Source: Candidatus Latescibacterota bacterium (GTDB lineage Bacteria; Latescibacterota; UBA2968). Taken from it: 64,000 nt of DNA. A program made the translations under genes and the position numbers. The DNA lies in NCBI GenBank assembly GCA_965204375.1, contig OZ241986.1, positions 320,001 through 384,000 on the forward strand. The letters run 5' to 3'. Under the pieces are notes generated by a model, which had not been told where the DNA came from, did not search any database, and was given only the letters and a program-made list of their open reading frames with translations. This document shows, piece after piece, positions 38,391 through 48,100 of the stretch (within the stretch, counting starts at the first letter, position 1; the number at the start of each line of letters is the position of its first letter).

Positions 38391-39080
38391 ATGCCCCCCC
38401 AAAAATCCGTGACTATCGAATATATCAAAGCCATCTTACTCGCGTTTGCACTCGCGCTTTTTATTCGCATATTTATCGTGCAGGCATTTCGCATTCCTTC
38501 GGGATCGATGGAAAACACTTTGCTGGTCGGGGATTTTTTGCTGGCGAACAAATTTATTTATGGCGCTCGCATTCCCCTTATCGATATTCGCCTGCCAGCG
38601 TGGCGCTCGCCAGATCTCGGCGATATTGTCATTTTTCAGTATCCCAGAGATCCGTCCCGAGATTTTATCAAACGCATTGTTGCAGGTCCCGGGCAGAAAG
38701 TTGAAATCAAAGATAAAATCCTTTATGTTGACGACAAGCGCGCGATTGATCCGTCCAGAGCCAAATATATCGATTCTGTTATTCTCCAACGGAGGTCGGC
38801 GGCCAATACGCGGGATAACTACGGACCTAAGATCGTGCCCGAAGACTGTTATTTCGTGATGGGCGATAACCGCGACAGCAGCGAAGACAGTCGATACTGG
38901 GGCTTTCTCAAGCGCGATCTCATTCGGGGGAAAGCATTTATGCTTTACTGGTCCTGGGCACCTGATGATCGCGTTCCCGCATATAGCAATATAACTTCTC
39001 TGCTCAGTATTGCGTTCTATAATCTGTTCCATTTCCCAGAGCGCGTGCGCTGGCAGCGCATTGGTATGCTCGTGGAGTGA
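38391..39080 (+). CDS. lepB: Signal peptidase I
   Basis: IPSGSMENTL, FIKRIV, MGDNRDSSEDSRYWG. Confidence 0.95.
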   Translation: MPPQKSVTIEYIKAILLAFALALFIRIFIVQAFRIPSGSMENTLLVGDFLLANKFIYGARIPLIDIRLPAWRSPDLGDIVIFQYPRDPSRDFIKRIVAGPGQKVEIKDKILYVDDKRAIDPSRAKYIDSVILQRRSAANTRDNYGPKIVPEDCYFVMGDNRDSSEDSRYWGFLKRDLIRGKAFMLYWSWAPDDRVPAYSNITSLLSIAFYNLFHFPERVRWQRIGMLVE

Positions 39081-39086
39081 AACGCT

Positions 39087-40196
39087 ATGCACCTCGGCCT
39101 TTACATTCATATCCCATTTTGTCACTCTCGCTGTCCGTATTGTGATTTTGCATTTGTCGTGGGCAAAAATTATATGGCGACGCGCTATACGGATGCGGTG
39201 ATTGTCGAAATGCAAAATCGCATACAATCTCTCGGAACGCTCCCGGTGTTCAACACGCTTTACTTTGGAGGAGGCACGCCCTCAGCAATACCACCTGGGC
39301 AATTGAATCGGATCACGGCAAGTGCGAAAAACGCGATCGCTCCCGATGCAGAGATTACGGCAGAGGCCAATCCAAATGATTGCGAACACTTTGAAAAATT
39401 ATATGAATACGGCATCAACCGCTTGAGTCTGGGCGTGCAGGCATTTACAGATCGCGCACTCAAAGCACTCGGTCGATTTCACACGGCATCAGATGCGATA
39501 GTTGCGTTTCAAGCCGCCCGTGATGTGGGGTTTAAGAACATAAGTATCGACCTTATGTACGGCGCGCCGGGGCAGACGCCTGAAGAATGGGCAACGAGTA
39601 TTCAGAGGGCCATTGAGTTATGGCCCGAACATATTTCAGTGTATGGACTCACGATTGAACCCCAGACTAATTTTGCGCGCCGCTTTCAAAAGGGGAAATT
39701 GGATGTGCCGCCTGAGACCGACCAGGCCGAGATGTATATGTATGCTATTGACCAACTCGAGGGTGCTGGATACACACATTACGAAATTTCCAATTTTGCC
39801 CGACCGGGATTTGCGTCGCGTCACAATCTCAACTACTGGCATGATCGTCCCTATCTGGGCGTTGGTTTATCTGCACATTCATATTTCGACAATCGCCGGT
39901 CCTGGAATGTGTGCGATCTCACAACTTATATGCAGCGTGTTGAGGCAACCGGATATGCAGTGGAAAGAGAAGAACAGCTTACACCGACACAACATCTGCT
40001 GGAGCGCATTATGCTGGGGTTGCGCCAGCGCCGGGGGCTTCGTGCAGAGTTTTTGAGTCATCCGAAAATCCAAAAACAGTATATCGCGATGGCAAACCAG
40101 CACTTGCTGGAACGAACTGATAACCGCGTTCGCCTGACACGGCGAGGTCTCTTGCTCGCCGACCTGGTATGCACCGAACTCGTTAGAGAACTATAG
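39087..40196 (+). CDS. hemW: Radical SAM heme chaperone HemW
   Basis: LYIHIPFCHSRCPYCDF, GGGTPS, YEISNFA, HNLNYW. Confidence 0.9.
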   Translation: MHLGLYIHIPFCHSRCPYCDFAFVVGKNYMATRYTDAVIVEMQNRIQSLGTLPVFNTLYFGGGTPSAIPPGQLNRITASAKNAIAPDAEITAEANPNDCEHFEKLYEYGINRLSLGVQAFTDRALKALGRFHTASDAIVAFQAARDVGFKNISIDLMYGAPGQTPEEWATSIQRAIELWPEHISVYGLTIEPQTNFARRFQKGKLDVPPETDQAEMYMYAIDQLEGAGYTHYEISNFARPGFASRHNLNYWHDRPYLGVGLSAHSYFDNRRSWNVCDLTTYMQRVEATGYAVEREEQLTPTQHLLERIMLGLRQRRGLRAEFLSHPKIQKQYIAMANQHLLERTDNRVRLTRRGLLLADLVCTELVREL

Positions 40197-41096
40197 ATGG
40201 AATTTCACATCCGGCTACCCGGTTCTACCGCCAATCTCGGTCCTGGTTATGATGCACTGGGCATGGCGCTGTCCATTTACAATCATGTTGTGGTAAAAAC
40301 CCGTTCCCGACCGGGTGTGTCGTTTAGCATAGAGGGTGAAGGCGAAGGTATTTTGCCCTTCGATGAGGAGAATCTCTTCTATCGCGCCGCGCAATTCACC
40401 GCCCAACACGCGGGGAAAATACTGCCCGGGATTGATATCCACATGCACAACATTGTGCCCCTCGCCCGGGGATTGGGCAGCAGTTCAACGGCCATTGTTG
40501 GCGGTGTTGTTGCAGCCAATCACCTCTTATGCGAACCCTTTTCGCAGATGGAGATGCTCGATATTGCCACCGCTATTGAAGGCCATCCCGACAATGTCTC
40601 GCCCTGCTTGCTCGGCGGCCTCACTGCTTCTACTATGGATGGCAACCGCGTTGCATGCGTGCGCGCCCTGCCGCCGAAAGAATTGCGCGCCGTGGTCGCC
40701 ATTCCCGGATTTGAACTCAAAACCGAAGACGCTCGCGATGTTTTGCCCAAGATCATTTCCCACCGTGACGCTGTTTTCAGTACAAGCCGAGCATGCATTG
40801 TTACGGCAGCGCTGATTACGGGAGATTTTGAGCATCTCGCTGTTGGCATGAAAGACCGATTGCATCACCCCTATCGGGCAAAACTCATTCCGGGTTTTGA
40901 TCAGGTACTCGCAGCAGCGGTCAAAGCTGGGGCATGGGGTGCCGCGCTTTCGGGCGCGGGGCCGACCCTCATCGCGCTTACAACCCAAAATGCCGATGCT
41001 ATCGGGCAGGCTATGATCGATATTTGGGCAAAAAAAGATATACAAGCGCGTTATCGCATCCTCGAAATTGATCCATCGGGAGCCACCGTCACATGA
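40197..41096 (+). CDS. thrB: Homoserine kinase
   Basis: TANLGPGYD, PLARGLGSSS, EGHPDN, LSGAGPT. Confidence 0.95.
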   Translation: MEFHIRLPGSTANLGPGYDALGMALSIYNHVVVKTRSRPGVSFSIEGEGEGILPFDEENLFYRAAQFTAQHAGKILPGIDIHMHNIVPLARGLGSSSTAIVGGVVAANHLLCEPFSQMEMLDIATAIEGHPDNVSPCLLGGLTASTMDGNRVACVRALPPKELRAVVAIPGFELKTEDARDVLPKIISHRDAVFSTSRACIVTAALITGDFEHLAVGMKDRLHHPYRAKLIPGFDQVLAAAVKAGAWGAALSGAGPTLIALTTQNADAIGQAMIDIWAKKDIQARYRILEIDPSGATVT

Positions 41097-42811
41097 TTAT
41101 TTCTATGGCATATCCGGGACGCTATATGCGTCTTTTTTATATCGTGCTCGTGGGTTTGCTCATTTTTGACTTTGCGTTTTACCCTTTCGCTGCACACGCG
41201 CAATCTCGCCGCACTGCATCTGAAGAAAAGCCCGAACGGAAATCCCCCAGGCCCTTTACCACGCCTGTTCCCCAAAAAACAGAAGAAGAAGTCGCACCAC
41301 CGGTTGAAATCAAAAGCATTGGCAAAGCAGCCTACGATGCGGTTATTCGGTCGGGGTGCTATATTGTCGGACCGGGGGATGTTTTTGCCGTAGTTGTAAA
41401 TAGTGATGAAGGAATTGAAACCACTGAAGTGCCCGTCGGCGCGAGCGGCAGTTTGCCTTTTCCGTATATTGGACCTGTTTCCGTTGCGTTTTTATCGCTT
41501 GCAGAAGCCAATCTGGCTATCCAGAACGCTATAAAAAAACGCTTTCATCAACTCGATATCTCCATCAGCCTCGCGCGCCTTCGCACATTTCCCATCAACG
41601 TAGTTGGCGAAGTACACATGCCAGGAGCCGTTGATGTTGAAGGTGTCGAACAGGCATCGCAACTTATCACCAAAGCCGGGGGCCTCATTGATGATTTTAA
41701 CCGCAAAGGCTCCAGCCGCAATATCCAGATTATGCGTCTCGATGAAAATGGACAATGGCACAATACGGGACGCCGGATCGATCTCGAGCTATGGAACCGC
41801 ACGGGGAAAGCGCAGTACAATCCCTTTATGCTCGACGGAGAACAAATTGTAGTGCCGGTTGCTCACCGCGATTCCATCTATGTCACAGGTGCAGTACTAT
41901 ACTCGGGTAGCTATGAATTTGCGTCTGGAGATCGCGTGTCCGATCTCATTGTTCTTGGGAATGGTTTGCGTGCCCATTCCCCGCCAAAGCGCGCCCGTCT
42001 TTTGCGCCTGTCGGATGATGGTGAGTGGAGACCCATAGATATCGATCTTTCCCGTGTGCTTGCAGGTGATCCCCAGGCGAATCTCACTTTGCAGGCGGGT
42101 GATAAACTCTATGTTATTGGCGAAACAAAACGGGTTTATGTCGAAGGCGAGGTAAAATTCCCCGGTTCTTTTCCTTTTAAAGAGGGGCTTCGTCTCAAAG
42201 AATTATTACAACGGGCCGAACTTACCCCCGAAGCATCCGTGGTTCAGGCTTCTCTTATTCGAAAAGTCAATTTCGAAGAACAGACCATCGAAGATGATCC
42301 CGCGCTCAATCGATTGCTCGGCATCCCTCGCTCACAGCGCACCGATGCTGAAGAAGCCCTCATTACCCTCAAAACCCAGCAGCTTTCCGGGCGTTTGCCC
42401 ATTGATTTTGTAGCGCTCATGGCTGGTGACGAGCGGCACAATATCCTCCTGCAAGATGGCGATGTCGTCCGCATTCCGCGATTTGTGCCTTCTGTGCGCG
42501 TGACAGGTGCAGTCGTTGCGCCTGCGAATATTCCTTATGATGCGGCGCTTACGGTTGGCGATTATATTGATCTCGCTGGCGGTTTTAACACGCGCGCAAA
42601 ACGAAAAGACATCATCATAGTTGAGGGCAATACGGGCAATGCCATAGATGCCACCGCAGAATCGCTCGTGCGTCCCGGCGATGCGATTTTTGTTCCCCCA
42701 CGAGAGCCCGGGCAGGGCTACCGCATTGCGAGAGAAACTATTGCGATGCTCGGTTCTGTTGCATCGCTTGTTCTGACTATATTTTTCATCGGCAGGGAAG
42801 CGACTAACTGA
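41093..42811 (+). CDS. Polysaccharide export protein with multiple SLBB domains (start may be 41126)
   Basis: YIVGPGD Poly_export motif; repeated V.V.GEV..PG SLBB units. Confidence 0.85.
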   Translation: MIISMAYPGRYMRLFYIVLVGLLIFDFAFYPFAAHAQSRRTASEEKPERKSPRPFTTPVPQKTEEEVAPPVEIKSIGKAAYDAVIRSGCYIVGPGDVFAVVVNSDEGIETTEVPVGASGSLPFPYIGPVSVAFLSLAEANLAIQNAIKKRFHQLDISISLARLRTFPINVVGEVHMPGAVDVEGVEQASQLITKAGGLIDDFNRKGSSRNIQIMRLDENGQWHNTGRRIDLELWNRTGKAQYNPFMLDGEQIVVPVAHRDSIYVTGAVLYSGSYEFASGDRVSDLIVLGNGLRAHSPPKRARLLRLSDDGEWRPIDIDLSRVLAGDPQANLTLQAGDKLYVIGETKRVYVEGEVKFPGSFPFKEGLRLKELLQRAELTPEASVVQASLIRKVNFEEQTIEDDPALNRLLGIPRSQRTDAEEALITLKTQQLSGRLPIDFVALMAGDERHNILLQDGDVVRIPRFVPSVRVTGAVVAPANIPYDAALTVGDYIDLAGGFNTRAKRKDIIIVEGNTGNAIDATAESLVRPGDAIFVPPREPGQGYRIARETIAMLGSVASLVLTIFFIGREATN

Positions 42812-42813
42812 AT

Positions 42814-43995
42814 ATGGAATCTGAACGCAATATTCTCGACCACATTTACGTTCTCGTGCGCTGGCGGCGCATGATTCTCATGTGCTTTTTTGCCGTCACG
42901 CTGGTGACAGCGGGCATTTCTCTGATCTTGCCCAAAGCCTACCGCGCGTATGCCAGAGTTTATCCCCCACAAGATACCGGCGGTAGTCTCGGAGGACTAT
43001 CTACCCTTTTGCAAGAACTGCCTCTCAATTTGATGGGACTGGGTGGTGAGGTCATATCTGCCACAGAATTTGTTCCGGTCGTTGAAAGCGAAAGTGTACG
43101 TCTTTCTGTTGCCAGGCGGTTTGATCTCGCCACGCGGTATGGTGCCAGCCATCAAAGTGAATTGCTCGATATGATATCCAATCGCCTGCAAGTCGATCTT
43201 TCTCGCGAGCAATTTCTCACGATTTCCTACGAAGCCGATACCCCAGAACTGGCGGCAGAATTGACCAATGCTTTCGTTGAAGAACTCAATAACGCGCTTG
43301 AACGACGCAACCAAGATAAAACGCGTGCCTATCTGGTCTATCTCACAGAGCGACTCAAAGAAGCCGAACAGGACATGCTCAAAGCCGAGCGGCGCTATCG
43401 AGATTTTCAGAACGAGTACATGGTATTAGACGTTGAAACCCAGGCCAAAACACAGCTGGAAATATCTTCTACGCTCATCGGCTCGCTGGCAGAACTGATT
43501 GTCAAGCGCGATGTCCAATCAAAGCTGATGACCGCAGATAATCCCGAACTGAAAAAACTCGATATGGAAATCCAGACCACGCGCCAGGTGCTCGACGATT
43601 TGCTTATGGGCCAATTTCCCGATAGCCTGCGCAGCAGCGATTCGGATGGACAATTGCCAGAGGTTTTCAAACCCTTCCGACAATTGCCCGAATTGGGTCT
43701 GGCCGCGGTGGCACTCATCCGCGATGTTGAAATACAAAACGCCATCTATCAGTTTATCAAGCAGGAATACGAAAAAACGCGCTTTGAAGATGAAAAGGGC
43801 ACACACACTGTCACGGTCCTGGATTATGCGCGACCTCCCGATACGCGCAGCTATCCACGCCGCAGCCTCATGGTCGCCATTGCGGGAGGGCTTAGTCTGA
43901 TATTGAGTTGCTTGTTTGCCTTTGTATTTGAAGCTCTGAGAAATCTGACTCCGGAGAATCGGGCCAAACTCGATGCCATATCAGAGGAATTGTGA
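42814..43995 (+). CDS. Wzz/GumC-like polysaccharide co-polymerase
   Basis: N- and C-terminal TMs, coiled coil, VLDYARPPDTRSYPRR. Confidence 0.85.
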   Translation: MESERNILDHIYVLVRWRRMILMCFFAVTLVTAGISLILPKAYRAYARVYPPQDTGGSLGGLSTLLQELPLNLMGLGGEVISATEFVPVVESESVRLSVARRFDLATRYGASHQSELLDMISNRLQVDLSREQFLTISYEADTPELAAELTNAFVEELNNALERRNQDKTRAYLVYLTERLKEAEQDMLKAERRYRDFQNEYMVLDVETQAKTQLEISSTLIGSLAELIVKRDVQSKLMTADNPELKKLDMEIQTTRQVLDDLLMGQFPDSLRSSDSDGQLPEVFKPFRQLPELGLAAVALIRDVEIQNAIYQFIKQEYEKTRFEDEKGTHTVTVLDYARPPDTRSYPRRSLMVAIAGGLSLILSCLFAFVFEALRNLTPENRAKLDAISEEL

Positions 43996-44012
43996 GTAAG
44001 CGAGGTATTTCC

Positions 44013-45041
44013 ATGCAAAAATTGTCCCGTGATTCTACAATTCTCACCACCACAGTTGGGTCTTATCCGCTGCCCGACTGGCTCGTGGCAGCACCGAGTG
44101 AAACCGCTGTTGTGGATGCCACGCGCGTTATCTTCGATACGCAGCGTCAGGCTGGAATTGATCTGCCTACCGATGGCGAACTCTACCGATTTGACATCAA
44201 CCATCCCGAGACCAATGGCATGATCGAATATTTTGTGCGCCCTATGGGCGGTACGCGCGTCGATTTTGGGCGTACTGAGGTCGAGACATTTCGTCAACGA
44301 CAATCCATGGACTTTCGCGCCAAACCCGCTGCTGTTGTCGATGACGCGCTCTCAGAGGGGGCACTCGACCTGTTATCCGACTGTTTGCGTGCAGCAACCG
44401 TCGCAGGTGGTTCCTTCAAATTTACGCTTACCAGCCCCTATATGCTTGCCCGCACCTTGCTCGACAACTACTACGGAGATTTTGAAGCCCTGCTCATGGG
44501 GGTGGCCGATGTGTTGGCCGATCAGGTGCGCGGCCTGCCATGCGCCTGTGTACAGGTCGATGAAGCCAATATTCCGGGTAATCCCGAGGACGGGCCTATC
44601 GCAGCGAAGGCGATTAATAGAGTACTCGACGCGGTCGATCCCGATACTGAGAAAGCTGTTCACTTTTGTTTTGGAAATTACGGTGGGCAAACCATCCAAC
44701 GCGGCACCTGGCGCGCGCTTATTGATTTCCTCAACAATCTGCACACCGATCACCTCGTTCTCGAACTCGCCCATCGCCCTGATGATGATCTGGTTGCTCT
44801 GAAAGAAATTGATCCGCGCATCAAACTCGGCATTGGCGTGGTCGATATCAAAATTAATCACGTTGAAACTGCCGAACAGATTGCCCGACGCCTCGATTAC
44901 GCCGAAAAAGAACTCGGCCCGGGGCGCATCGCATTTATTCATCCCGATTGCGGGTTCTGGATGCTCAAACGCTCGGTGGCAGACCAAAAAATCGTAGCCC
45001 TCGCGCAAGGCAGAGATCTTTATTTGGGAAGGGTGAAGTGA
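44013..45041 (+). CDS. Single-domain (core) cobalamin-independent methionine synthase-like protein
   Basis: TTTVGSYPLP, TDGE, QVDE, HFCFGN, HPDCGF; no N-terminal MetE barrel. Confidence 0.85.
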   Translation: MQKLSRDSTILTTTVGSYPLPDWLVAAPSETAVVDATRVIFDTQRQAGIDLPTDGELYRFDINHPETNGMIEYFVRPMGGTRVDFGRTEVETFRQRQSMDFRAKPAAVVDDALSEGALDLLSDCLRAATVAGGSFKFTLTSPYMLARTLLDNYYGDFEALLMGVADVLADQVRGLPCACVQVDEANIPGNPEDGPIAAKAINRVLDAVDPDTEKAVHFCFGNYGGQTIQRGTWRALIDFLNNLHTDHLVLELAHRPDDDLVALKEIDPRIKLGIGVVDIKINHVETAEQIARRLDYAEKELGPGRIAFIHPDCGFWMLKRSVADQKIVALAQGRDLYLGRVK

Positions 45042-45130
45042 GAAGGGTGAAGTGAGAGGGTGGTCAACTACAGCATAGGCAGTCATGCTCGAATGACTCG
45101 CCTTCATATCCCATTCCGTACATTCTATAC

Positions 45131-48100
45131 ATGCGATATATTTATATATTCTTTTGTATTTTTCTGATCTCGGAAGCAGGTGTTTTCGCCCAGACACGCG
45201 GTGCGATTGTCACTATTGCCGGTGGTGGTCTGGAAGATGGCGATAATGTGCTGGCAACAGATGTTGTGCTCAATCGTCCGCTCGGAATTGCGCTCGATAC
45301 ACGGGGAAATCTCTATATTGCGGATACGGATAATCACCGCATTCGACGGGTGGATGCGATAACGGGTATCATCACTACAGTAGCGGGTACTGGGGAGCCG
45401 GGATTCTCGGGCGATGGCGGGCCTGCGACAATGGCATTGCTCAATACTCCCAATGCCATTGCGGTCGATAGCGCGGGCAATATTTATATCAGTAGCGGTG
45501 GCGCGAGTGAAAGTGATGTTCACAATCGACGCATTCGGCGCATTGATGCTTTTGGTATCATCACTACGGTCGCGGGTACGGGCGAAGGTGGTTTCAATGA
45601 TCTGGTACCCGCGCTGCAAGCCACGTTCCACGAAATTGTCGCACTGACGATGTTGGGCGATATAGCTCTTTTAATCTCCGATAGTCTCGATGAGAATGGA
45701 CAGGGCAACAATCGCGTGCGGCAATTTAACCTTGCGAATAATACCATAGGTACAATCGCGGGCAACGGCAGTGCTCAGACGTCGAGTATTCAGGATGGTG
45801 GGCTGGCAACTCGGGCGGGGTTGACTCCTGGACAATTGGCTGTGACGGGTAATGGCGATCTCTTGATTGCGGATTTTAATAATGGACGCATTCGCCGCAT
45901 TAGCAGGGCAACGCGAGATACGACGGTTGTTGTCGTGATCAATACTGTGGCCGGGCGGGGAGCGACCTCTGCGGAAAATCTATCAGAAGATCTCTACAAG
46001 GGCGATGGTGGGCCAGCGACAGGTGCTTTATTTTTTTCTCCTTCGGGCGTTGCTATTGATGGAGCTGGCAATATCTATATCGGCGATACGGGCAATAATC
46101 GCATTCGCGTGGTTGAAACGGAAACGGGCAATGTATTGACTATCGCGGGAACGGGTGTTGCAGGCGAGGGATCTGAAGGTACACTCGGTCTTCTGTCTGA
46201 TCTGGGGCAGCCCACACATTTGCTGATTGATGGTAATGGGGACCTCATCTTTATCGATGCTTTCAACAATCGCATCCGCAAACTGCGCGATCCCGCGTTC
46301 CGAATGCCTCTTTTCAACGCTATATCCACGGATATCATCTTTGGTAGAGTTAGCGTTGGCGATCCGGCTGTGCGCCATTTGCGCGTTGAAAATCGAGGTA
46401 ATTTGTCCGTTCGTATTGAAGCAGCTATTTCCGATAACCCCGGGTTTCGCGTTTTGTCGGAATTGCCCTTCGAAGTCGGCATCGCACAAATCGCTGAACT
46501 TGAGATTGTATTTGATCCTGTACAAACAGGTGTGGCAAGAGGTGTTATCACTATTACCACCAATGACTCGCGCATACCTTCTGCCACGGTCAATGTGCAG
46601 GGATGGGGAGATGCTGCCAATATCGGACTTTTTCCATCCGATGTTTTAATTTTTGATCGCACCTCTATTGGGCAATCTCAAACCTTGTCGGTACGCATTT
46701 CCAACCTCGGTGCTGGCGTTCTGGTGGTTCCCAATGCCACTACGACCGACTCGCAATTTGTTGTCGAACAAACCGATGTCCTCCGCATTGAATCCGGACA
46801 AAGCCAGCGACTTCCCATTATTTTCCGCCCGCAGTCCGAGGATCTCCAACAAGCCGTGTTGACCATTTTTAGCAATGCGCCAGGAACCCCTGCTGTTAGA
46901 CTTCAATTGCGGGGCATTGGGCAAAGTGCCCAGCCCGGCGGATTTGTCGATGTGGCACCCAACATGGGTTTGGGGGATACAGGTGCGGGATTTGGTGCGG
47001 CTTGGGCAGATTTTGACAACGATAATGATCCCGATTTCTATCTCGTACGCAGCAGAGAACCCAATCGGTTATATCGCAACGACGGTACGGGGTTCACAGA
47101 TATCGCGCCAGCACTGGGTATCGACGATTCCGGCGATGGCAGTGCGGGGATATGGGGGGATGTGGATGGCGATGGCGATCTCGATCTTTACGTCACCAAC
47201 TTTGGCGAATCCAATCGGTTATATCGCAATGACGGTGTGAGATTCACAGATATTGCCACCACTTTTGGGGTTGACGGCTCTGGAGATGGGTATGGCGCAG
47301 CTTGGGCAGATTATGACCGCGATGGGGATCTCGACCTCTATGTCGCTAATTTTGGCGCGAATCGCTTCTATCGGAACGATGGCAATGGTTTTTCCGAGCG
47401 TGCCGATAGTCTGGGCATAGGCGATATAGAGAGCGGGATTCAACCCGCATGGGGCGATTTCGACAATGATGGGGACCCGGATTTGTTTTTGGCGAATAGC
47501 GGACCCAACCGCCTTTTTCGAAACGATGGCGAGCAATTCACATCCGTAGAAAATATTTTTAGCCCGGTTGATACCGGGCCGAGTTTTGGCGCGACGTGGG
47601 GCGATTTCGACAACGATGGTGACCTCGACCTGTTTATCCCCTATTTTGGTGCGGATAATAGATTCTATATAAACGAAGACAATGGCGTGTTCAGAGATCG
47701 CGCACCTGAGATGATGCTCAATCACGATGGACGAGGCAGAGGTGCGGTATGGGGAGATTTTGACAGCGATGGTTTTCTCGATCTCTATGTGACAAATAGC
47801 GGTCAGCCCAATTTGTACTACCAAAATGAGGATGGGCTTTTTGTAGAGATGTCCGATTCTTTGGGCGTTGCCCTGAATGCCGATAGCCGCGGTGTTGCCC
47901 TTGCCGATTACGACAACGATGGGAAACTCGATTTGTATGTCGCAGTGCAGGATGGTCCCGATGCTCTTTTTCGCAATCGCGAAGCTGATGGCAATTGGAT
48001 CGCAATTCGGCTTCGCGGGACAGATAGCAGCACCGATGCGATTGGTACGCGCCTCAAAATTGAGTTCAAAGATGGGGATGGCAATAATCGCCAGGCCATT

